Origin: an uncultured bacterium
Lineage (GTDB): Bacteria > Krumholzibacteriota > Krumholzibacteriia > LZORAL124-64-63
Length of the DNA: 64,000 nucleotides
Direction: 5' to 3'
NCBI GenBank assembly: GCA_963732385.1
Contig: CAVSZB010000005.1
Coordinates: 224,001-288,000 of the forward strand
In this document: one piece after another, positions 9,419 through 18,827 of the stretch
Layout: each line of letters starts with the position of its first letter
How positions within the stretch are numbered: position 1 is the stretch's first letter
Position numbers and translations under genes: made by a program
The notes under the pieces: model-generated
Database searches by the model: none
Seen by the model: only the letters and a program-made list of their open reading frames with translations
What the model was told of the DNA's origin: nothing

Positions 9419-11416
9419 TCAGGATTCCTGGTGCCCTGCCACGATCCGGACGATCTCCGGCAGGTCGATGCCGAGTTCCTTCAGCCGCGCCAAAGACGGC
9501 ACGCCGTTCGGCGTCCAGCCGCGGGCCTGGTAAGCCGCGTCGGTCACCTGCCGGTACTGGTCCTCGCGGTGCCGGCGGAGGATCGCCATCTTCTCGGCCG
9601 TACTTCGACCCGCCGGATCGACCTTGAGGATTTCGAGGAGTTGTTTGTCGTAGCGCTCGGCGCGGGACTCGTACTCTTCCGGCGTGACCGGCCCCATGGC
9701 ACGGTACGGTGGAATGTCGTCCTCGCGCTTCCCTTTGCCCAACAGAACCGAGAGGCAGCGCTGCAGATTGTACACCCGGGCCGACTGGGCCAGCATCGAC
9801 GCCTCGTCGAGCGGGCGTCCGGTCATGCCTTCGAAAAACCTGAAGTAGTTCTCGACGTGCCCGGGAATCTTGGCCGCCAGCTTGGGCGGCAAAGTCTTGT
9901 TGTCGGCGGGGACCACGTCATTCCAGATGATCTTGCAGAGTCCCTGCAGCCCGAACCAGGTCCGCCAGAGGGGGAAGTAATACAGGGCCTCGGCCTTGTC
10001 CTGGAAGGTCGGAATCTGGTTGTTGACCATATCCATGAAGATGAGCCAGGCCTCATCGTGCTGGGGCCCCTTGATGGCCAGCGTATACCCGGCCTGCTGC
10101 GCGAGGGACTCCTTGGAGACGTACTCGGAGTACTCCAGCCCCTTCGCCTCCATCCCGATGTCCTGCAGGAACGCCGGATCGGCCCCGTACTCGGCCACCC
10201 ACTTCCGCTTGAGCCAGCGGATTCCCTGCCCCACGTCGACGCCGAAGCCCTCTCCGCGCGCCGTCTGGTGCAGGAGTTCGAGCACCGCGTCGCCGGCGCC
10301 GAAGTTGAGCTTCAGGCCGCCGGTGCGGGTCTCGTCGATCACGCCGGCTTCGAAAGACTCCATCACGAAGGCGATGCAGGTCGCCATCGAGATCGTGTCG
10401 AGGCCGTAGGTGTCGCAGTAGAAGTTGAACTCCACGCAGAGGTCGGCGTCGAAGCAGCCCATGTTGGCGCAGCCGGCAGCCGTTTCGTACTCGGGGCCGT
10501 CCACGATGACCCGCTCCCCGGCGTAGGGGCCGGTCCGCAGGAGGTAGCCGTCGACCGCCTTGGCGCAGGCCATCGAACAGCCGTGCCAGCAGCCGTCGGC
10601 CGTGCCCTGCGTGAAGAAGTCCTGCTTCAGGACCTGCTTGTCGAGCCGGTAGGTCTCGGGATGGGAGCCGAAACGGTAGTTCATGACCGGCAGCAGGTCG
10701 TACTTGTCCATGACACCGACGATATTGGCCGTGCCGACCTCGCGCATGCAGCACTGGGACTTGTCCAGGGTCGCCATCTCGGCGTTGATCTTCATGCCGT
10801 GGTCGCGGATCAGCTGCGGGTTGGCCGGCCGGTTCAGGTCGTCGACGATCTCGATGGCTCCGGTCGGACAGACATAGGCGCACGAGGTGCAGCCGATGCA
10901 GTGCGGGTCGACCTCGTTGAACGGCATGGTCAGGTGGCGCTTGATGCCCCGACCGGCAAAGTCGAGGATGCGCTGCAGCACGAATTCATCGCAGGCCCGG
11001 ACGCAGTGCGTGCAGAGGATGCAGGCCTGGGGATTTTCGTCGGTCCATTCGCTGCGAAAGCGCGACTCGGTGACTCCGCACTGCGCGGCGACCTCGCGAA
11101 TGACCGGCACATTCGGCCAGCGGCCGAGGTACATCTCGGCCAGCACCTTCCGATGGTTTTGCACGCCCTCCGAAGCTGTTTCGACCTTCATTTCACCCCG
11201 GACGGGATAGTTGCAGGCCGTGACCAGGCGCTTCCGCCCGCGCACCTCCACCTCGCAGACGCAGAGCCGGCAGTTTCCCCCGGGAACGAGATCCTTGTGG
11301 TGGCAAAGGGTCGGCACCTTGAATCCGGCCTTTTCCACGGCGGAGAGGAGGTAAGAATCCCTGGCCGCGACGATCTCGACACCGTTGACCGTGAGCTTGA
11401 TTTTGGGGTCGGCCAT
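9419..11416 (-). CDS. fusion: HydA/NuoG-type N-terminal [2Fe-2S]+2[4Fe-4S] domain and aldehyde oxidoreductase domains 2-3 (AOR_C)
   Basis: PTLC..GNCRLC..TAC, CILCTHCVRAC and CIGCTSCAYVCP come first. AOR motifs follow: GCWHGCSMAC, GPEYET, CDTYGLDTIS, GLCK, Y..RGWT.NGVP. TGATG overlap with the upstream gene. Confidence 0.9.
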   Translation of the reverse strand: MADPKIKLTVNGVEIVAARDSYLLSAVEKAGFKVPTLCHHKDLVPGGNCRLCVCEVEVRGRKRLVTACNYPVRGEMKVETASEGVQNHRKVLAEMYLGRWPNVPVIREVAAQCGVTESRFRSEWTDENPQACILCTHCVRACDEFVLQRILDFAGRGIKRHLTMPFNEVDPHCIGCTSCAYVCPTGAIEIVDDLNRPANPQLIRDHGMKINAEMATLDKSQCCMREVGTANIVGVMDKYDLLPVMNYRFGSHPETYRLDKQVLKQDFFTQGTADGCWHGCSMACAKAVDGYLLRTGPYAGERVIVDGPEYETAAGCANMGCFDADLCVEFNFYCDTYGLDTISMATCIAFVMESFEAGVIDETRTGGLKLNFGAGDAVLELLHQTARGEGFGVDVGQGIRWLKRKWVAEYGADPAFLQDIGMEAKGLEYSEYVSKESLAQQAGYTLAIKGPQHDEAWLIFMDMVNNQIPTFQDKAEALYYFPLWRTWFGLQGLCKIIWNDVVPADNKTLPPKLAAKIPGHVENYFRFFEGMTGRPLDEASMLAQSARVYNLQRCLSVLLGKGKREDDIPPYRAMGPVTPEEYESRAERYDKQLLEILKVDPAGRSTAEKMAILRRHREDQYRQVTDAAYQARGWTPNGVPSLARLKELGIDLPEIVRIVAGHQES

Positions 11417-13299
11417 CACCGTACCTCCACGGCGCCGCGGGTGCAGGTCTCGACGCAGATGCCGCACTTGATACACTTGCTGTACAGTATGGAGTGGGTC
11501 TTGCGGGGCTCGCCCTCGATCGCGCCGGTCGGGCAGGAGCGTCCGCAGGCGGCGCAGCCGTCACACAGTTCCGGGAGGATCGCGTAGGTGATGAGCTCCC
11601 TGCAGACCCCGCCCCGGCAGCGCTTTTCCCGGATGTGCTCCAGGTATTCGTCCCGGAAATAGCGCAACGTGCTCAGGACCGGGTTCGGAGCGGAACCGCC
11701 CAGCTGGCAGAGGCTCGTGTCGCGGATCGTGGCGGAGAGTTCCTCCAGGAACTCGAGGTCGCCCTCGCGCCCCTGGCCGTTGCAGATACGTCCGAGCGTG
11801 CCCGCCAGGGCGAAGAGACCTTCGCGGCAGGGCGTGCATTTGCCACACGACTCATCGACCAGGAAATCGATGAAGTACCGGGCCACATCGACCATGCAGG
11901 TATGATCATCCATCACGATCATCCCGCCCGAGCCCATCATCGACCCCGCCTCCGTCAGGGAATCGAAGTCGACCTGCATGTCGAGGAGACTCTCGGGCAG
12001 GCAGCCGCCCGACGGACCGCCCGTCTGCACCGCCTTGAAGGTCCGCCCCTCGGGGATCCCGCCGCCGATGTCGAAGATGATCTCCCGGAGCCTGATCCCC
12101 ATCGGGACTTCGACGAGCCCCGTGTTGCGGATATCGCCCACCAGGGAGAAGACCTTGGTGCCGGAGGAGCCGTGCCACGGGTTCCCGCTCCCATCACCGG
12201 TGCCGATCGCGGCGAACCAGGCGGCCCCCTTCTCGATGATGACCGGAATGTTGGCCCAGGTTTCGACATTGTTCAGGACGGTCGGCTTGTCGCGAAAACC
12301 GTACTCGACATTGTGCACATACTTGGCCCTGGGCTCGCCCGCGCGGCCGGACATCGAGGCCATCAGGGCCGTCGATTCTCCGCAGACGAAGGCCCCCGCG
12401 CCGCGGTGCACCGCGATGTCGAAAGAGAACCCGGAACCCAGAATCCCCGTCCCGAGAAGTCCCTGTTCACGGGCCTGCCCGAGCGCGATGTGGAGCCGCT
12501 CCATGGCGAGCGGATACTCCTTGCGGATGTAGATGAAACCCTCCCGCGCCCCGACGGCGAAGGCGCCGATCAGCATCCCCTCGATCACCGAGTGGGGATC
12601 GGTCTCGATGATACTGCGGTCCATGAAGGCGCCCGGATCCCCTTCGTCGCCGTTGCAGATCACGAACGCGACCTCGCCGCGTTCCTGCCGCGCCTTGAGA
12701 CAGGACTCCCACTTGACGCCCGCGGGAAAACCGCCGCCTCCGCGCCCGCGCAGACCCGAGGCGATGATCTCCCGGATGACCTCCTCGGGTGACCGGGAGG
12801 TCAGAACCTTCCGAAAGGCCTGATATCCGCCGCGGGCTATGTAGTGCCCGATCTGCTCGGGGTCGATGAGTCCCTTGTTCCGCAGGGCGATCAGTTGCTG
12901 CTTGGCGAAGAATCCGATCTCGTCCATCCGGCGGCTGACGACGCCACTCACCGGATCCCTGTACAGGAGGCGCTCGACGACCTGGCCGTTCATTAGATGC
13001 GAATCGACGATCTCCTTCAGGTCCTGCGGACCGACCTTCTGGTAGAAGACACCCTCCGGCTGCACGACCACGATGGGGCCCATGGCGCAGAACCCGTTGC
13101 ATCCGGTCTGCACCACCAGGTAGTCCCGCTCCAGGCCCCGCTCGCGGAGTTCGGCGTTCAACCCGTCGCGCACGCTGTACCCGCCGGCCGAGAGGCAGCC
13201 CGTGCCGGTGCAGACCATGAGCATGGCCTTGTAGCCCGCCTGGAGCTTGGTCTGCTCGGCCGCGATCCGTTCCAGGTCCGTGATGTCGAGCCTAGGCAT
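11416..13299 (-). CDS. HydB/NuoF-like (BfuB) FMN/NADH subunit
   Basis: N-terminal thioredoxin-like 2Fe-2S (CTGTGC, TGCNGFC), GLRGRGGGGFP, NGDEGDPGAFMDR, GGPSGGC, ESCGKCTPCREG and a C-terminal 2x[4Fe-4S] domain. Confidence 0.93.
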   Translation of the reverse strand: MPRLDITDLERIAAEQTKLQAGYKAMLMVCTGTGCLSAGGYSVRDGLNAELRERGLERDYLVVQTGCNGFCAMGPIVVVQPEGVFYQKVGPQDLKEIVDSHLMNGQVVERLLYRDPVSGVVSRRMDEIGFFAKQQLIALRNKGLIDPEQIGHYIARGGYQAFRKVLTSRSPEEVIREIIASGLRGRGGGGFPAGVKWESCLKARQERGEVAFVICNGDEGDPGAFMDRSIIETDPHSVIEGMLIGAFAVGAREGFIYIRKEYPLAMERLHIALGQAREQGLLGTGILGSGFSFDIAVHRGAGAFVCGESTALMASMSGRAGEPRAKYVHNVEYGFRDKPTVLNNVETWANIPVIIEKGAAWFAAIGTGDGSGNPWHGSSGTKVFSLVGDIRNTGLVEVPMGIRLREIIFDIGGGIPEGRTFKAVQTGGPSGGCLPESLLDMQVDFDSLTEAGSMMGSGGMIVMDDHTCMVDVARYFIDFLVDESCGKCTPCREGLFALAGTLGRICNGQGREGDLEFLEELSATIRDTSLCQLGGSAPNPVLSTLRYFRDEYLEHIREKRCRGGVCRELITYAILPELCDGCAACGRSCPTGAIEGEPRKTHSILYSKCIKCGICVETCTRGAVEVR

Positions 13300-14602
13300 G
13301 GTCCGCACCCCCCGGAGCCCTTTTCGCCGCCATCTTCTTGACCAGCCGGGCCACGTCTCTGGCTTTGACGTTTCCCACGATCTCGTTTCCGAACCGCACC
13401 ACCGGAGCGAGGCTGCAGGCGCCGAGACAGGCCACCGGTTCGAGGCTGTACCTGCCGTCTTCGGAGGTCTCGCCGGCCTGGATCCCAAGCACCCGCTCGA
13501 AGCCCGCCAGAATGAGGGCCGAGCCCTTGACATGGCAGGCTGTCCCCATGCAGACCTGGATCACCGTCTCGCCCCGCGGTTCGAGGCTGAAGGCCTTGTA
13601 GAAGGTGGCGATGTGATAGAGGTAAGCGGCCGGCACGCCCGTTTCGAGACAGATCTCATCGAGGGCCGTCTTCGGGAGGTGCCGGAACCGCTCCTGCACA
13701 TCCTGAAGCATCTCGATGACGTATTCCGGGTCGTTGTTCCACTTGCGGACAATGGCCCGGACCTCCTCCACTTCGTTCGCGCAGGTCAGCAGAGACAGGC
13801 GCTTCGGAGTGATCTGGGCCGCCACCTTGTTCTCGGCGATGCGCCAGGCGGGGGTGATGCCAGGATTCTTGATCACGAGAGCCTTGAGTTTCTTGTCGCG
13901 GAAGACCGTGCCGATTCCGCCGCGCCCCGCCTGCTTGAGCCGCGCCACGCGCCGGCGCCAGTCCCAGAAGGAGAAGTTCAAAACCCCCATCCGCGTGTGC
14001 TCGGCGCCGCGTCCGGCGGAGACGACGGCGATGTTCCGCATGTCGAGTTCATCCGCGGCGTACATCCTGGTCAGCTCCTCAGCCAGGATGTGCGAGTCGA
14101 CGCTCTCGAGCGGGGCGGCCTCGATCGTGATCCGGCGGGCGGCCGCGTCGATGGCGATGATGGTCTCCTGCGACGCCTTGCCGACGATGGCCAGCGCATC
14201 GAAACCTGCGAATTTCAGGAAAGGGCCGAAATACCCCCCGACATTGCAGTCGATCACGATGTCGGTCAGAGGAGAGATGGCCGTGACCAGCGTCTTGCCC
14301 GAACCGGGAAACGACGTCGTGCCGCCGAGCGGGCCGGAGCACAGGCAGATCGGATTCTCCGGGCTATCCCACTTCGTGTCCGCGCTGATCTCCTGGAGCG
14401 TGATCCAAAGGTCGAAGCCCTTGCCCCCGGTCCAGAGTTCCTTCATCTGCTCCGTCACCGGATGCAGGGTGATCTCGTTCCGGCCGAGATCGATCCGGAG
14501 CCAGCGACCGGCATAGCCCCGGTAAAGCTCGACGGGGTCGTAGACCAGCTCCTGGAGCAGGCAATGCGCGCTCCGCATTCGTTCCGTGTCGTGCATGGGC
14601 AT
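13292..14602 (-). CDS. fusion: aldehyde oxidoreductase N-terminal domain (AOR_N) and HydC/NuoE-like [2Fe-2S] domain
   Basis: LRIDL..GGKG, SPLT, GGYFGPFLKFAGFDAL and AGRGGIGTVF..KKLKAL come first. ATFY..F, CMGTACHVKG and CLGACSLAP follow. GGAG RBS before 14602. Confidence 0.9.
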   Translation of the reverse strand: MPMHDTERMRSAHCLLQELVYDPVELYRGYAGRWLRIDLGRNEITLHPVTEQMKELWTGGKGFDLWITLQEISADTKWDSPENPICLCSGPLGGTTSFPGSGKTLVTAISPLTDIVIDCNVGGYFGPFLKFAGFDALAIVGKASQETIIAIDAAARRITIEAAPLESVDSHILAEELTRMYAADELDMRNIAVVSAGRGAEHTRMGVLNFSFWDWRRRVARLKQAGRGGIGTVFRDKKLKALVIKNPGITPAWRIAENKVAAQITPKRLSLLTCANEVEEVRAIVRKWNNDPEYVIEMLQDVQERFRHLPKTALDEICLETGVPAAYLYHIATFYKAFSLEPRGETVIQVCMGTACHVKGSALILAGFERVLGIQAGETSEDGRYSLEPVACLGACSLAPVVRFGNEIVGNVKARDVARLVKKMAAKRAPGGADHA

Positions 14603-14764
14603 GCCGCTGTCTCCCGGGTAGTCGGGTATCCGCCCCGGAGAGGCTGCGGCCGGAAGCACGGCCACACTCCCCGGCGAGTCGCCCACCTGCAACTTCAGAA
14701 AGTGCCCGGCGAATGGACCCCAAGCGGGCAATCAGGATTGAGCTGGAATTTAGGCCAGGCGCAG

Positions 14765-14814
14765 GGCGGGGTCAACGACCGGGTGGCAAGCCCGCACGGT
14801 CCGCTGACCCCGCC
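14765..14814. terminator. extended hairpin downstream of dcp
   Basis: GGCGGGGTCA...TGACCCCGCC outer stem with an inner GACCG/CGGTC stem. Confidence 0.4.
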
Positions 14815-14841
14815 ACGAGGAACGGCTGCTGCTGAAGACCG

Positions 14842-17004
14842 CTAACGCGCCTGTGACTCCGGGATTGCCGGCGTCTCTGGCAACAGGCCCCGTTTGCGCA
14901 GGAGCGGTTCCACCGAGGGATCCTTGCCCCGGAAACGGCGATACGCTTCCGCCACGTCGCCGGTTCCGGCGCGTTCCAGGATGTTCGCCCGGAAAGAGGC
15001 GGCGGTGGCCTGGTCGAAGATCCCCTTCTCCCTGAATGCCTCGAAGGCATCGTTGTCCAGCACCTCTGACCACAGGTACGAGTAGTACCCGGCCGCGTAT
15101 CCACCGTTGAAAATGTGGTAGTAGCTCGGCGTGCGGTGGATCGAGGCGGCGTAGCGCGGCATCCCCATGCGCTCGAACGAAGCCTTCTCGAACGCCCCGG
15201 CATCCACTTCGTCCGGCGCGGTCAGGGTGTGCCAGTCGAGGTCGAGCAGCACGGTGGAGACCATCGCCACGGTGCCCAGCCCCTGATTGAAGGTCTCGGC
15301 CTGCTTGATCTTCGCGATGACCTCGTCGGGCAGGGGCTCGCCCGTCTTGTAGTGGCAGGCGTAGACCTTCAGGACCTCCGGCTCCAGCGCCCAGTGTTCC
15401 ATGATCTGGGACGGCAGCTCGACGAAGTCCCACGGCACGCCGCCGAGCGCCGAGTAGTGCACGCGGGTGAGCAGGGAGTGCAGGGCATGGCCCAACTCGT
15501 GGAAGAGGGTCAGCGCCTCGCCGCGGGAGAGCAGGGCCGGAGCATCCCCGGTGGGCGGCGTGAAGCTCGCCACGTTGGTTACGATCGGCCGGATGTCCTT
15601 GCCGTTGCGCACGCAGGCGTCACGGTAACCTCCCGACCACGCGCCGGCCCGCTTGCCCGCGCGCGGGAACAGATCCATCAGCAGCACGCCCAGGTGGGTC
15701 CCGTCCGCCTCCTTCACCTCGAAAACGCGCACGTCGGGGTGGTATCTGGGCGCGTCCTTCAACTCGGTGAAGGTCAGCCCATAAAGCCTGGTGGCGACGG
15801 AAAACGCGCCTGCCCGCACCCGCTCGAGGGGGAAGTAGGGACGCAGCGCCTCCTCATCGAGGTCGAAGCGAGCCTTCTTGAGCTTCTCGGAGTAGTAGCT
15901 CCAGTCCCACGGCTCGATCTGCCCGCCCTTGACGTGCTCGTCGAGCATGGTCTGCAGGACCCTGGCGTCCTCGTCGGCTTTGGCAACCGCCGGCGCCCAG
16001 AGCTGGTTCACGAGGGAGTACACGTTCTGCGGTGTCTTCGCCATGTACTCCTCGATCTGGAAGTCGGCGAAGGTCCGGTAGCCGAGGAGCCGCGCCCGTT
16101 CGGCGCGCAGGCCGGCGATGCGGGCGACAATACGATTGTTGTCGCGCGCGTCACCGTGATCGGCGCGGGTCCTGTACGCGGTCCAGAGCTGGCGCCGCAG
16201 TTCGCGGTTGTCGGCGTAGGTCACGAATGGGCGCGCGGAGGAGGGCTGCAGGGTGAAGACCCACTTCCCCTCGAGGCCGGCCCCCTTCGCCGTCTCGGCG
16301 GCGGCCGCGATCGCCTGCGGCGACAGGCCGGAGAGGTCCTCCGGATTCTCTATCACCAGCTTGAACGCGTTGGTCTCGGCCAGAAGGTTTTCGCCGAACG
16401 AGCTGGAGAGCACCGCCAGCTCCTGGTTGATTTCCCGGAACCGCTCCTGCTGCCCGGAGCCCAGGTTGGCGCCGCCACGCACGAACCCCTTGTGCGTCTC
16501 ATCCAGCAGCTTGCGCTGTTCCTGATCGAGCGCGAGGAGGTCACGCCCGGCCCACACGGCCTTGACGCGGGCGAACAGTCGCGGGTCCAGCGCCACGTCG
16601 TCGCGCAGGGCGGCGAGCTGCGGCGACACCTCCTGCTGGATTTTCTGCATCGCCTCGTTGGTATTGGCTGAAGCAAGGTTGAAAAAGACATTGGAAACCT
16701 TATCCAGAAGCTGTCCGCCCTCGTTGAGCGGCTCGATGGTGTTGGCGAATGTCGGTGGCTCGGCGCTGGTGGCGATCGTTTCCACTTCCCGGCGTCGCTC
16801 GGCGATGGCGCGTTCGAACGCCGGCAGGAAATGCTCGACCTTGATGAGCGCGAACGGCGGCATGCCGAACGGCGTCGTCCACTCCTCGAAGAACGGGTTG
16901 ACGGCGACCGCCGGGACAGCCGTCCGGGCAGGCGCCGGCTGCCGGGCCGCGGCCACGGTCGCGCACGCACAGATCAAACCGAGAGCTGTCATGAATTTCC
17001 GCAT
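14842..17004 (-). CDS. dcp: M3 family peptidyl-dipeptidase (Dcp-like), secreted
   Basis: Signal peptide, NPFF..W.TPFG.PPF, HELGH, DFVELPSQIMEHW and GYAAGYYSYLWSEVLD. AAGGAGG RBS. Confidence 0.9.
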   Translation of the reverse strand: MRKFMTALGLICACATVAAARQPAPARTAVPAVAVNPFFEEWTTPFGMPPFALIKVEHFLPAFERAIAERRREVETIATSAEPPTFANTIEPLNEGGQLLDKVSNVFFNLASANTNEAMQKIQQEVSPQLAALRDDVALDPRLFARVKAVWAGRDLLALDQEQRKLLDETHKGFVRGGANLGSGQQERFREINQELAVLSSSFGENLLAETNAFKLVIENPEDLSGLSPQAIAAAAETAKGAGLEGKWVFTLQPSSARPFVTYADNRELRRQLWTAYRTRADHGDARDNNRIVARIAGLRAERARLLGYRTFADFQIEEYMAKTPQNVYSLVNQLWAPAVAKADEDARVLQTMLDEHVKGGQIEPWDWSYYSEKLKKARFDLDEEALRPYFPLERVRAGAFSVATRLYGLTFTELKDAPRYHPDVRVFEVKEADGTHLGVLLMDLFPRAGKRAGAWSGGYRDACVRNGKDIRPIVTNVASFTPPTGDAPALLSRGEALTLFHELGHALHSLLTRVHYSALGGVPWDFVELPSQIMEHWALEPEVLKVYACHYKTGEPLPDEVIAKIKQAETFNQGLGTVAMVSTVLLDLDWHTLTAPDEVDAGAFEKASFERMGMPRYAASIHRTPSYYHIFNGGYAAGYYSYLWSEVLDNDAFEAFREKGIFDQATAASFRANILERAGTGDVAEAYRRFRGKDPSVEPLLRKRGLLPETPAIPESQAR

Positions 17005-17069
17005 CTCGCGAGTCCTCCTTCACGATCTTCAGATTCCGCTCTTTGACGTCCGCCCGTGTCCCGTGCGGT

Positions 17070-18317
17070 CTACTGCCCCGGCCCGCGGCTCCTGCAGATG
17101 GCCTCGATCCAGTAGTCTACGTTCAGAATGGGGATGAAGGTTCCAAACGAAGCGTATTTTGCCAGCGTCGGATCCTTCAGGATCTCCTCCCTGCTCCGGC
17201 CCTCGTCGATCCAGCCGGCAACCGTCTCCCGCACCGTGACCAGCATCTGGCGGTAACGCGCGACGTCCCGGGTCGTGCCGCTCTTCCCGTGGCCGCAAAC
17301 CAGAATCGCATCCTCGGGAAAAACGTCGATCACCTTCGCCAGGATCTCCAGATACTCATCGACGGCTATCGTTACCGAGGGGAAGGACTGCAGGATCAGC
17401 AGATCGCCCATGTCCACGACGTTCGATCCGGCAAAGTGGACGATCATGTCGGCGTCGGTGTGGACGCCGCTGGCGGGGATCAGACGGATCTCTTCGCCGC
17501 CGAAGTCGAACGTGTAGTACCTGTCGAACGACCTCCCCGAGCGGCCAAACAGCGGACCGTCGCCGGGGAGGATCACCCCCCCGGCCACCAGTTCTTCGAG
17601 ATGCGACAGGGAGATGATCCGGGTCTTTTCGCCAGCGATGTCGTTGCCTTCGATGTGATCGGGATGCTCGTGGGTATTGATGATGGCAACGATCTCGCGA
17701 TCGTCGAGCTTCCGGAGCTCCTTCCGCAAATCGGGCAGCGTCCTTCGCCAGCCGGTGTCGACCAGGAGCAGGCCGTCACGACCGGCGCAGGCCAGGATGT
17801 TCGGCGCCTCCCCGTAGGAAAACGCGATCTTGTGGATCCCGTCCGCCAGGGAGAGCACCTCGGGCGCCGGGATCCGGGTTTCCACGGCCCCCCTGGCCGC
17901 GAGCAGACCGATGATCCGCTCGGATTTATTCATGACGGCCAGGTCCAGGGCGGTATCGCCGCCGCTGCTTGTGATATTGGGATCCGCGCCGTGATCGAGC
18001 AGGTACGCCACAACGTCCGCGTGGCCGAAGTACACGGCGTAAATGAGTGACGTTTCGTTGGCGGAATTCCGCGCGTTCAGGTCAGCGCCCATGCCGACAA
18101 GGTAGGCGACGACCTTCAGGTGGCCCCCCTGAGCGGCATAGATCAGCGGGGTCTTGTTGTTGACGTTCATCGTTTCCATCTGGGTGGAGTCCGCTTCGAC
18201 CAGAGCCCTTACCCGCGCCAGATCACCGGCCCTGGCCGCGTCGAGAATCTCCTGGGCCACCGCGCCGGATCCGTTCAGGAGCGTGAACAGGCAGCAAGTG
18301 AAGAACATCCGAATCAT
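17070..18317 (-). CDS. secreted ankyrin-repeat + MBL-fold hydrolase
   Basis: TPLIYAA/TSLIYAV/TALDLAV ankyrin repeats, then NTHEHPDH, HTDAD, MGDL and GHG. Confidence 0.85.
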   Translation of the reverse strand: MIRMFFTCCLFTLLNGSGAVAQEILDAARAGDLARVRALVEADSTQMETMNVNNKTPLIYAAQGGHLKVVAYLVGMGADLNARNSANETSLIYAVYFGHADVVAYLLDHGADPNITSSGGDTALDLAVMNKSERIIGLLAARGAVETRIPAPEVLSLADGIHKIAFSYGEAPNILACAGRDGLLLVDTGWRRTLPDLRKELRKLDDREIVAIINTHEHPDHIEGNDIAGEKTRIISLSHLEELVAGGVILPGDGPLFGRSGRSFDRYYTFDFGGEEIRLIPASGVHTDADMIVHFAGSNVVDMGDLLILQSFPSVTIAVDEYLEILAKVIDVFPEDAILVCGHGKSGTTRDVARYRQMLVTVRETVAGWIDEGRSREEILKDPTLAKYASFGTFIPILNVDYWIEAICRSRGPGQ

Positions 18318-18417
18318 GGCAATCGGACCTTTCGTCAGGCTTTGGCGTGGCGCCGGTCGGGCAGAACTCCGGGATCGCCTCGACCGCGATTCCGGCTGCC
18401 GGATTCACACCGAAGGC

Positions 18418-18454
18418 GAACGACCCCCGGCGCACACGCGCCCGGGGGTCGTTC
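18418..18454 (-). terminator. 13-bp-stem hairpin downstream of HU copy 2
   Basis: Same stem as 3256-3292 with a different loop. Confidence 0.65.
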
Positions 18455-18482
18455 AGATCAGGCCGCTGCTCGCAAGGATCGG

Positions 18483-18827
18483 CTAGAGCATGTCCTTGAT
18501 GGCCTTAAGCGGACGAACGCGCACCGTGCGCGAGGCCGGCCGCGCCTTCTGCTTGACCATCTCGCCGGTGAACGGGTTGCGGACGAGCTTCCCGCCCGCG
18601 ACCGCCGGTTTCTTCACCAGCGTGAGCTTCAGCAGACCCAGATGGTTGAAGGTCCCGTACTTCTTGACGGACTTGACACCGATGTCGGTCAGGGCGTCAC
18701 AGACGGCGACGACGTCCTTCCGGGCAAAACCGGTCTTCGCGGCGATGTCGCGATAGACCTCGTTCCTGGTCGGCGGCTTGATCGACACGATCCTGGCCGC
18801 AGCCTTGCGAGTCGGTTTCTTAGCCAT
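18483..18827 (-). CDS. HU family (HU-like) DNA-binding protein, copy 2
   Basis: 114 aa; 98/114 identical to copy 1 by manual alignment. Confidence 0.9.
   Translation of the reverse strand: MAKKPTRKAAARIVSIKPPTRNEVYRDIAAKTGFARKDVVAVCDALTDIGVKSVKKYGTFNHLGLLKLTLVKKPAVAGGKLVRNPFTGEMVKQKARPASRTVRVRPLKAIKDML

Noticed and set aside
9419..13299. [FeFe]-hydrogenase or complex I
   Set aside because: There is no H-cluster domain (no TSCCP motif) and no membrane Nuo subunits. The C-terminal domain is AOR.
14603..14841. Moco/Tuco riboswitch upstream of the AOR operon
   Set aside because: I could not find the characteristic GNRA-capped stems or the CCTCCCG...GGAAAGGAG 3' signature.
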